Source: Eledone cirrhosa
Taxonomy: Eukaryota
Direction of reading: 5' to 3'
Assembly (NCBI GenBank): GCA_964016885.1
Contig: OZ024742.1
Location: forward strand, 300,080,001-300,144,000
DNA length: 64,000 nucleotides
Positions 52,760 to 64,000 of this stretch are shown here, piece after piece; positions within the stretch are counted from its first letter, which is position 1, and every line of letters begins with the position of its first letter. A model generated the notes under the pieces. It was not told the origin of the DNA. It ran no database searches and saw nothing but the letters and a program-made list of their open reading frames with translations. Both the position numbers and the translations under genes were made by a program.

Positions 52760-54805
52760 GGTATTATCCAAGGAACATTACCAATAACTTAGTAAAAAAT
52801 ATCTCCTTCTGCATATCACGCTTGTCCGCAAACGAGCAGATATTCAATGAACACGCGACATATTACAACCAGGCCCTCAAAAGAAGCGGTTTCCGAAAGG
52901 ACATTCCCTATTATCCAGGCCCTCACTAGCGGATCCAGCAGGCGACGCCGCCGCTACGCCACATAGCGTGATTCAACCCTCCCCACAATGCCGAGGTTAC
53001 TACACTAATTGGGAAGATCTTCGGACTTCTCGATAAACACTTCCCATCCCAACACCACTATCATCAATAGAAACACTGTTAAACTTTCGTACAGCACTAC
53101 ATCCAACTTAGCACAAAACATTGCTTCATCTCACGATAAAAAAACTCCTCGCTAACAGAAACAGCAACGACATTAGCGGTGAGCAATTTAGGAGTTGTAA
53201 CTGTCTGGATAGATCATCGTACCCCCTCAACAACAGATGCTACAAACAAAACGTGGTCTACCAGTGCAACCTGAGGACGGAACACTCCAACAAGGCCTAC
53301 ATTGGATTAATCGCCTGCGAGTTTAAGACCCGGTATTACCAACACCAACATTCATTTACAAACTCGACCTGGCGACACACAACAGCACTTTCTGACCATA
53401 TTTGGAACCTCCAAGACAACAATATTACTTATCATCTAAGTTGGAACCTACTTTCCAAGGCAAAATCTTACTCGGGAAGACGCCGTCTGTGCAATTTATG
53501 CTCGGAGGAAACGATCCAGATGCTGTTTGCAAAGGATCAATTGTCAAACCAAAAGGATGAACTCGTTACCTCGTGTAAAGACAGAATATATAGGACATAT
53601 CTTACCTTCAAACCCCCTCACCACCCAGGTGGGTAGTTCTCGGCTTTATTTCCTTCCCAATTACAAACTAAGATAGAGGAAGCCCCAAACATCCTTAGGT
53701 AGAAATAAAATTGTTTCTTTGTTATTAAAATTTTTAAATACACTTTCTAAATACACTCCTTGCATACTTACGGGGTCGATAAAATAAAGTACCAGTAATA
53801 CACTGGGGTAATTGCTAGCCTTGTACCAAAAGTAGAAACAATTATTCACAAAGGGCGGTGGATTGGCAGTATCTGTAGAGGGTCAGACGCTATGCTTTGC
53901 AACTAGAGTTACCTCCCTTTACAGTCTGAGTTCAAATCCTGCCGAGGTTAACTTTGCCTTTCATCCTTACGGGGTCGATAAAATAAAGTACCAGTAATGC
54001 ACCGGAATAATTTCTGGCCTTGTGCCAAAAGTAGAAATAATTATTATAAACAGTTCCTAATCATCCTTAGGTAAATCCGGAATATTTTCACTATTGCTAA
54101 AATATACATACAGCCCTATAGAACCGACCGAACAGATAGCTATGATAACTTACTAGACCAAGGAGGGGGGGGGGATATCAAATAAAAAGCAAATAAATTA
54201 GTGTGAGGCGCCCTTTCTGGGCCTCAGAGAAATTGATAACTAGATTTCGTTATCAGGAGCTGAATAAGTAATAAAATATAAATGCTTGGCTTTTTAGCCA
54301 AGTGTTAGTTTAGGCATACTTAACTTAAATATTCTACGCTACCCTCTTTGATTCATACACGCCTAAAATATATTCTTTCTCTCGTTTGTTTGTTTTTTCT
54401 TTTTGTTTATCCCATTGAAGTTTAGCATGTCTACAGATTATAGATAGTTGTATAGGATAGTGGCTTAGCATCCTCAGGTCAGTCTTCCTTCTTACCCCTT
54501 CCCCCTTGTATTTCGGCCTGTTTAGCCCCCCCCCCCCCCTCTATGAAGGTAATAAACTATGTACACGACATTCCAGATCACTGACCACTCCCCGTCACAG
54601 ACAAGAAAAAAAAACACATTTTTAGGATTTTTTGCATAGATTTTTTTGCTTTTTTGCTTTTTTGCTTTGACTGTATGCCTATATATGGACTGTACCCCTT
54701 GATAGGTTCAGCTAGATTCCCGCTGTTCTAATACTGGTGGCTTAGTTCGGATCTAGCTGTCGAAACGACCGGAGCTCAGCCGTTGGGGTCCTGACTCTTT
54801 TCAAA
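52760..54805 (+). mobile_element. Penelope-like element (Naiad-like) 3' part with SINE insertions
   Basis: DKHFP..HHYH, CNC..YPL..C..VVYQC..YIG..FKTRY.QH..SF and CNLC. Degenerate hammerhead at 54694-54789. Confidence 0.85.
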
Positions 54806-56424
54806 TGTATATATATATAATTGAATAAACAAGAAAGATGAACACTAATATAAAAATACATGTGTTCGAATCGTAAGGACCAAATTTACCCAATATAGGT
54901 ATGTAATTTTTCTTAATTTAATATTTAAAGTTAAGGATAACAAACTATATTGCTGTAGTTAGTATTTTTTCACCCTAGCAAATTTGGTCCTTACGATTCG
55001 AACACATGTATGTTTATATTAGTGTTCATCTCTCTTGTTTATTCAATTATATTATACGGCTCTGAAAAGCTTTTTTCTTAGAGCTATTTAATTGTAAGAG
55101 ACTACTCTGAGTTCTTAACTCAATATATATATATATACTTAGGGTAAATATTGATGCAATTCAATTCAAGCACTCAACGTACTTTTTCCACATAGGAGTG
55201 ACGGAGTAGATATCGAATAAGGGAAAGCGAAGTAGTTTCAGATGTTCAAGTCTTTTAATAATAATTGTTTCTACTTTAGGCACAAGGCCAGCAATTAATT
55301 ATCCAGTGCATTACTGGTACTTTATTTTATCGACCCCGTAAGGATGAAAGGCAAAGTCAACCTCGGCGGGATTTGAACTCAGATCGTAAATGGACGTAAC
55401 TATGCTGGAAAGCATGGCGTCCGACCTCTACCGATACTGTCAATCCACCGCCATCTTTTAATAATAATAATGCTGTGATATATATTTCAATGACGACAAT
55501 GGCCACACTGTTCTGCGTGCGAGTGTCGCGACATCGTCAGACAGCTTGTTACATAATAAGGTTATGTTTCCGAGGCAATCCAAATTGAATCGACATGGGA
55601 ACAGACGAAGTGTGTGCTTTTGGGTTCTTCATCCGTTCCCCTGTGAGTACCAATTCACACCCACCGATCTGCGCAGGCGCATGTCCGAAGGAAGTTGACC
55701 ATTAGCTACCGCAGATTTCAACGAAATTCGCTTAGTCAGTTCACCCTCTCAGCCAAACAATGACCCATTCAGGCCTGTACCTTAGTTTACTGCTACCCAT
55801 GCCGTCTGTGGCAGTCAGCCGAAAGCCAGTGGGGATGGGAGAGTGTTAGTTTTTACAGGTCACATACTACCTCTCACGAAGCGTGGACAGTACGACTGAC
55901 CATCAACCTCTAAGAGAAAATATACTTAATTCTAGGTATCATGGTTTTACATTGGAAGTTATGAGTGAGAGTTGGAAATAATAATTAAAATTTAAAATCG
56001 AAAATCCTAAATCAAATATCAGAAATTATAAATTAAAAAATTAACAATTAGAAATTAAAAAATTTTTCAAGTAAGAATCCGGATTGAGGTGAGTAAAAAT
56101 ACATATAGATTGAAGTGAGTAAATAATATGCAGAGAGATGTTTAAGTAAGAAGTTCTGAAAGGGGTCCTAATGTCGCAATAACACTATCCACATATTGAA
56201 CGATAGTGCCGTACACCAGAACGGAGGGTAAACTACAGTATTAAAGGCAGTAGTCAGTCTGTTACATAGTCATAATTTCCATCACATGGAACAAAACAAA
56301 ACAAAAACAGATATAAAGTACACAAAAGAAAAGAACCAATAATGAATAAATGCAAAAACACAGAGTACATATATGCAAAATGATCCATATGAGTCAATTT
56401 GTCCATGTATAGATTGAATTAACA

Positions 56425-57455
56425 ATTATGGAGTGGGTAGAGTGGGCATCCTCTTAGCAGAGAAATGTGTAGACAAGGAGTTGAAGTAGTCAAAGCAAGA
56501 CACAGAATCATCAAGCTTAGACTAGTCCTAGATACAACAACAGTTACAGTCATCTCTGCCTACACATCACAAGCTGGGCAGCAAGAGGAACTGATAGACC
56601 ACTTCCATAAGGCCCTTATACACACTATTGGTAAAGACATCGTAATTTGGGCTACTTATTTCAATGGAACATATGGGCCAAATACAAGAAAGGATGAGAA
56701 ATTGAAACTCCTAGAGTTTTGTGATGCATACAACCTATTTGCAACACTAACTTCAGAATGCCAGCCAGGCATCTTCACCAGAAATTGGGACAGACTAATG
56801 TTTGTAATTACAAAGTTGGTCCCAGGTGAAGTATGTACCGCCCAACTTAACCCACTAATGACCTTAGAATTAGGGCCTGATGAAATTAGAGACAGAAAAC
56901 AATATGTGGGAGAAAGACATGGAAACAAAAAGAGCTAGGGACAAATTCTGGGAAGACCTGCATGATGCTTATCACAGCAGAAAAGCGGAGACAGAAATAC
57001 ATAATGAAGAGGAAAAGTGGGGCTGGGCTCCTGCAGGAAAATTTGCTGAAGGCTACAGAGAAGATCTACAGCTGGTGAAAAGCTCCAGGAAGATAGAAAG
57101 TAACATGGTGGTGGAACAGTAGGGTAGATGAAGTGATTAAAGCTAAGAAACAGGAATGGGAGGACTGGAAGAACAGGGGAAACAAGGAACTATACCAAGA
57201 ATCAAGGAGGGAAGCTAAGTGCCAGTGTATCTAGCCAGGGAAGAAACAGGAAAATAAAAGGTTTTTATGTGTCTTATGCCATGAGGACTAAAGGTGCAAA
57301 GTGTCATCAACACTGAAAAGAAAGAAGCATGGATGTGCTATTATGAGTATAAGACTGTTGAATAAAGAAAATGCATGGGAGAAGAAAGGAATACCGCAAG
57401 TAGATCCAACATAGAGACTAGCCATCAAGGTTAGAAGCAGAAGATTGTGGTAATA
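56425..57455 (+). mobile_element. RTE-clade LINE endonuclease-region fragment
   Basis: GVGRVGILLAEK, RIIKLRLVL, VISAY..Q and LLEFC, with multiple disablements. Confidence 0.8.
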
Positions 57456-57774
57456 TGAAGGACAACAGCTAGTTCAGAACTAGCTGTTGAAACGGCAGGA
57501 GCTCAGCCGTCAGGGTCCCGACTCTATATATATAGTTTACGGGATGTTTTCTTAACATTGTACAGGAATCATTCTATCATTGCGCTAACAGAAGTCTGAT
57601 GAGCTTTTGATTCCAGAGTCAGGCCCGATCGATACAGATCGAAAGTTGTGAAACATACATCCCACCTCGTTCATACTTATTATATTAACTTTGCCTTTCA
57701 TCCTTACGGGGTTGATAAATAAAGTACCAGTAATGCACTGGGATAATTGCTGGCCTTGTGCCAAAAGTAGAAAC

Positions 57775-57810
<36 letters not shown>

Positions 57811-57923
57811 CGAAGGAAATGTGGTAAGGAATCAGGTGGACCATAACGCACCAAAGTACTCAATACTTTAGGGTAGTAGAGTGGGTAATAGGAACCAGTA
57901 AGAACCCAGGGGTCTTACTGGTT

Positions 57924-58065
<142 letters not shown>

Positions 58066-58069
58066 GTCT

Positions 58070-58600
58070 CAATGTCCTCAGTTTGCTCAAGGAGTTCTCT
58101 GAATTTGGATGCAATACCTGGCCCTGACTTCTTTATCCATCAATGCTTCCCACTTTATCCTGTAGGTTGTTCTGTGGGCTTCTTTTGTTTTAGGTAGTCT
58201 CAAGCTACAGATAACTAGATGGTGATCATTGACAGCTCAGCCCCTCTCTTAACACAAACATCCAGCACAGAATCAAAGAGATCAGAGACAATAACAAAAT
58301 CAATTATTCATCTCTGTCCCTGATTCGCCTTATACCATGTATATTTATGGATGTTTCTGTGCTGGAAGAATGTGTTCATAATAGAGTCCATTGCTAGAAC
58401 AGAAGTCTAATAAGACCTCTCCATTCCTATTTAGATCAGGGTCGACATTCCTTCCAATCACTCCTTTCCATGTCAGGTGGTCAGTGCCAATATGTGCATT
58501 GAAGTCTCCCATCAAGATATATGACTCAGTCTTAACTACATCTAATGCTACAGTGACTTCATCAAGGAAGATTCTGTATTCGGACTCCTTGTTTGTTACA
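58070..58600 (-). mobile_element. LINE apurinic endonuclease fragment
   Basis: Minus strand reads ILMGDFNAHIG, NRNGEVLLDFC and MNTFFQHRNIHKYTWY. Confidence 0.8.
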
Positions 58601-58609
58601 TAAATTTCC

Positions 58610-59930
58610 CCACTAACACCTCTAACACACTTCCCCTTTCACGACCACCCCGGTCCATTCCCACAACTAACATACTAACACCCCCACCCCACCTCTCGGC
58701 CCTCCTCCAACTAACTATACTAACATCTCCACCCCTCCTCCTAACACGCACACACACACCTGAACATATATACACGCACTCACACTATCCACACACTCTA
58801 CTACCACCACTAACCCCACTTATACACCCGCTTTCCACCCTTTCCCCACCACATGTAATACTAACACCCACTAACACCCCCTTTACCACACACACACTCA
58901 TCCAAACACGCACACACACACCAGTACACTACACTCCCTCCTCCGCCCCCAACACTTCTCTCCTTCTCTCTCTCTCTCCCCGCTCCACCCACACCCCTTC
59001 ACGCACACACATCCCACTAACACCTCTACTAATATCCACCCCATCGCCCCACCCTTCCACCCTTCACTCCTACCCATCCTCTCCCCCGTCCACCGCACCT
59101 CCGTACACACAGTCCTCACCTCACTCCACCTGTCATCCCGCTCTACTGCTATCTCTTCACCCTGTCTTGACCATCTGACCACTTCCTGTTGCGCGCGCAC
59201 CCCACTTCCCTCCACTTCCGACCACCACCAACATTGGATTCTACACCTTCGGTCATCTCTCCAACCATCCACTCTATAACTTGAAAAATATCCAGCACCC
59301 TCCACACATCTGACGGAACTACCTCAGGACCTTACCTACGAACATACACTCACACATTTCTTTTCGCACCCACACACATCCACGCCACCCACATCCACAC
59401 CACATATAAACACAAACACACACGTGCGTACCCCCACATATACACAACCTCCGGAATCCACACGCCACCTCCCCCACCCCCTGATCCCTCTCCTTCCACA
59501 CGCACGCACACACCGACTTACACCCCACCTCACGCCTTTTCCTGAACATGGAAACTCGTTCCACCACAAACTCTCACATACACACGCACACACACTCACG
59601 TACACCTACACACATACACAAACACCACCTTCAGCCTTCCTCGCCTCGACCCCCCCCCCCCCTTACACGCCTCACACCCTTCCACCACTTGTTCATCTTA
59701 TTGTTTAGTCTTATGTTTATTTTTACGTTTATTTTTATTTTTATTTTTATTTGTTCTCCTTCCCCCTTTTTTCTAAATGTATTTGCACACACCCTCTGAA
59801 CTCTCTTCCTAACCTATTTACTCCTGAAGAAGGGCTTATGACCGAAACGTCCCCGCCCCCACCACTCTCAAAAGCGTGAACCTAATAAACCTTTATTTGT
59901 CTGCCTCTCTGTTTTGTTCCCGTATAAATT
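58610..59930 (+). mobile_element. Degenerate Penelope-like 3' fragment
   Basis: C/A-rich degenerate sequence ending in CTGAAGAAGGGCTTATGACCGAAACGTC plus AATAAA, typical of PLE pseudo-LTRs. Confidence 0.6.
59824..59852 (+). ncRNA. Minimal hammerhead ribozyme motif
   Basis: CTGAAGA A GGGC-TTAT-GACC GAAAC GTC, with one stem II mismatch. Confidence 0.7.
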
Positions 59931-59932
59931 TG

Positions 59933-59984
<52 letters not shown>

Positions 59985-60028
59985 GAAAAGTATAGAAATT
60001 GTTGTAGCGAGAAGCTACATATATATAC

Positions 60029-60111
<83 letters not shown>

Positions 60112-60120
60112 CATACATAC

Positions 60121-60155
<35 letters not shown>

Positions 60156-60689
60156 TATATGGTGGCTGCAAACTCGTTTTCGAGTACGGCCACTACTTTA
60201 TATCCATGCAGGAGAACCCCTACCGATGCGCTGAACGAGTGTGACTTTTTAGTCCAGCCAGTGACTTGAAAACTGGTACAAACACTACACTTGTGACAAT
60301 TATTGACACATAGTGCTGGGCCCATGGTAACATGTGACGACAAGTGCAGAGAGATCTCCAGATATAAAGCAATGCCTGTGCCGTGAAGCTTTTATAGTGA
60401 GCAAAGGCACTGCACAAAGCCAGTCCCACTCTCTTAACCAAGATGATATTTACCAAAAAGAAGAACAAGTCAACATCATTGGATACCATCAGGGTTGCAG
60501 GTGTTATATTAGAGTTTTCCTTCTCCTAGAATTCTGCCTTGACAAAGGCTAAGGGGTCATCTCTCCCGGTGATTTTGGATGGCCATTGACTCTTAAGAGC
60601 TCCTTTGCCCTTTGACAGGTTTTGTTTTTAGTCCTGCAGGATGTCCAAAGTCACCCTCCACACCAAAAAACCTTGGTGGGGTTGCCAGT

Positions 60690-60762
60690 TATATATATAT
60701 ATGTATACATATATATATACATATATATATATACATATATATATATATACAAATATATATAC

Positions 60763-60828
<66 letters not shown>

Positions 60829-60874
60829 TTATATATACATATAAATATACATATATATATACATATATATATAC

Positions 60875-60906
<32 letters not shown>

Positions 60907-61284
60907 ATACACATATATATACATATATATATACATATATATATACATATATATATATATGTAACGAAAAAATTTTTTTTAAATTTTTTTAAAAAAATAT
61001 TTTTTTATTTTACGTCCTTTATATTATTGTTCTGCATTCTCCTGCATTGAACCACCTAGGTACTATGACATAACCTGTGTATTTGCTGGCATGGGCGTGC
61101 ATCTGTGCGCTTATGTTAGTTGATATATTAAATTATCTATATATAAATATATATATAAATACATATATATATACATATATATATACATATATATATATAC
61201 ATATATATATATACATATATATATATATACATATATATATACATATATATATACATATATATATATATACATATATATATATAC

Positions 61285-61351
<67 letters not shown>

Positions 61352-61460
61352 TATACATATAAATATATATATATACATATAAATATATATATATACGTAT
61401 AAATATATATATATATACATACATATACATATATATATACATATATACATATATATATAC

Positions 61461-61513
<53 letters not shown>

Positions 61514-61744
61514 CATATATATAAATACATACATATACATATATACATATACCCATATATATACATACATACATATGTACATATATACTCATATATATAT
61601 ACATATATACATATGTACATATACACATATATATACATATACATATATATATATACATATATATATACATATATACATATATATATACATATATACATAT
61701 ATATATATACATATATATATATACATATATACATATATATATAC

Positions 61745-61777
<33 letters not shown>

Positions 61778-61786
61778 CATATATAC

Positions 61787-61817
<31 letters not shown>

Positions 61818-61862
61818 CATATATACATATATATATATATATACATATATACATATATATAT

Positions 61863-61893
<31 letters not shown>

Positions 61894-61901
61894 TATGTAT
61901 G

Positions 61902-61934
<33 letters not shown>

Positions 61935-61939
61935 GTATG

Positions 61940-61980
<41 letters not shown>

Positions 61981-62070
61981 ATATACATATATATATACAT
62001 ATATATACATATACATATATATACATATATACATATATACATATACATATATATATATACATATATATAC
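60690..62070. repeat. Large compound (TA)n/(CA) microsatellite block
   Basis: Nearly continuous TA/TACA low-complexity sequence with a short unique interruption. It is the source of many spurious YIYI ORFs. Dozens of shorter TA, CA, GA and TATG tracts occur across the window. Confidence 0.97.
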
Positions 62071-64000
62071 ATCATCATCATCATTATCACCGTTTTACGT
62101 CCGTTCATCCACGCTAGCATGGGTTAGACGGGTTATCCTGTTGTGGGCAGTGTCTGGTCAGCTGACCATGCCTTGCTCATACAGGAACTGATTTGGCTTG
62201 ATTTCTACAGCTGGATGCCCTTCCTAACACCAACCTCATTTACAGTGAGTGCTGGGTGCTTTTTCGTGGCGCCTACACGTCCACTTTACAGTGTGGGCTG
62301 GGTGCTTTTTTGCCGTGGCACCTCCATGACCACCTTGCAGTGGGGGGCGGGGGGGGGGGCATATTGTCTATATGTTTCAGCTTGTATGGGAGGTCGAGTA
62401 CTCTGTATTACTGCGTGACGCGAGAGGTCACGGTCGTGTGTCATCGCCTTTGAGAGGTGTAATTGGGTAAGGTCGGCTTTTAGCACCTCATCCCAGGTGA
62501 TCTTGGGTCTCCCCACTCCGCGGTTTCCATTGACTTCTAGTGCTCTGCACCTTTTTATGCAGCTGTCATCCTTCATACGCATCACATGTCCATACCAACG
62601 CAACTGCCTCTCCTGCACACATCATTTGATTCTTCTTATGCTCAGTCTATCTCTCAATTCAATTATGCTTTGCCGTTCTCGTATATTACTATTACACATC
62701 CATCGGAGCATGCAGGCTTCGTTTCTCTCTAATCTACGTAAGTCTTCCACCTTCAGCGCTCAGGTCTTACTACCATGCAACATCGCTGTTCAGATACACG
62801 CATCATACAGTCTGCCTTTCATTTTGAGGGAGAAGCCTTTTGCAGCTAGCAGTGGTAGTAGTTCCCTAAACTGCTTCCATCCCGTTCTTACCCTAGTTAT
62901 TGTACTTTCTGAACACCCACCTCTGCTGCTAATTCGGTCACCTAGGTAGCAGAAGCTGTCTAGTGTTTCTACAGAGCCCTCCCAGAGATTGGTGGTACTT
63001 GTTTCCTGTGGCTGTTTGTTGCTTGCTGTCCCAGCACAGCTGCTGCATGTGAAGCCTACATTCTTAATTAAGCTTCCTGAGATCCCGCTATATCTCTTGT
63101 GTACTCATTGTTTGCATTTGGGGCAGAGAATGGAGTTCCTACCTACACCTTTCCTACATACTGAGCAAGGCCATTTCCCTGAGGGGATCTGGGTTCTGTT
63201 TTCTCGTCTACTTACAAGGACCTTAGTCTTTGTCATGTTGACTTTGAGACCCTTTCTTTCTAGTCCCTGCTTCGAGGTTTGGAATTTCTTCTCTAGTTCT
63301 ACCATAGATTCAGCTATAAGTGCGAGGTCATCAGCATACAGGAGTTCCCATGGGCATCCGGTCTTAAACTCCTCCGTTATTGCCTGCAGGACTATGATGA
63401 ACAGGAGGGGGCTAAGAATAGAGCCCTGGTGGACCCCAACCTGTACGCTAAATTCCTCGCTATACTCATTGCTAATCCTAACTTTGTTGACTGCTCCCCT
63501 ATACATGGCTTGTACCACTTTCACAAGCCATTCATCTACTCCTAGTTTTCTAAGAGCCCACCAGATTACAGCACGTGGAACTCTGTCAAAGGCTTTCTCA
63601 AGATGGAGAAATGTCAGGTAGAGTGGTTTACTTTTAGCTAGGTACTTTTCCTGTAACTGCCTGACAAGGAAGAGGGCATCAGTGGTGCCTCTTCCTGGTA
63701 CAAACCCAAATTGCATCTCGTCTAGTTTCACCCGGTCCCTAATCAACTGTGCTATAACTTTTTCTGTTACTTTCATGACCTGGTCCATCAGCTTTATACC
63801 TCTATAGTTTCCTCTATCTAGTGCATCACCTTTACCTTTGTAGCAGTTGACAATGATGCTACTGCACCAATCTTTTGGTATGACACCTTCTAGTATTACC
63901 TGGTTAAAAATACGTGTGGTTATAGTGTGACCTACAGACCCAGATGCCTTCAGCATCTCGGCAGCTATACCCGATGGACCGGTTGCCTTCCCCATCTTCA
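62070..64000 (-). mobile_element. RTE-clade LINE reverse transcriptase and 3' end (runs off window)
   Basis: GKATGPSGI, QFGFVPGRGTTDA, LEKAFDRVP, GVHQGSILSP, LLYADD and LRWYGHV. (ATG)n-type tail at ~62070. Stops are present downstream of 63105. Confidence 0.95.

Noticed and set aside
35295-53636. Selenocysteine recoding in the Naiad-like PLE fragments
   Set aside because: Conserved Cys positions in the visible GIY-YIG regions are not replaced by in-frame TGA, and no SECIS was recognised.
60225-60285. Hammerhead with CTGAACGA core in the 610-bp repeat
   Set aside because: Stem I and the base of stem II do not pair convincingly.
60612-62191. Numerous [12 protein letters not shown] ORFs here and across the window
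   Set aside because: These are translations of TA/CA microsatellites.

Overview
AT-rich, repeat-dense eukaryotic DNA. The SINE families and (TA)n/(CA)n microsatellite load suggest an octopod cephalopod (inference). One apparently intact gene is present: a 5-exon, 285-aa glycine N-acyltransferase-like GNAT (+ strand, 29214-50986), which I assembled by hand with GT-AG junctions and consistent phases. The first 20 kb holds two decaying genes. One is a shredded CD109/thioester-protein (TEP) pseudogene on + with collinear PETWIW, CGEQ, IEMCSY, WLISQR..STQ|DT and ERIVKTYN motifs, interrupted by a ~5.9 kb 33-bp satellite. The other, less certain, is a set of class B/adhesion GPCR remnants on -. The rest is transposon debris: tRNA-derived SINEs, RTE, CRE-like and R4/NeSL-like LINEs, Penelope-like elements (PLEs), and hAT, Tc1/mariner/pogo and piggyBac-type MITEs. 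The most striking signal is about 20 type I hammerhead-ribozyme motifs from many sequence-unrelated families, several apparently complete and some with very long stem II. They sit in PLE-derived repeats next to (TA)n tracts. Several local fold-back palindromes are centred on ribozyme hairpins. All calls come from reading by eye, and no searches or folding programs were run.
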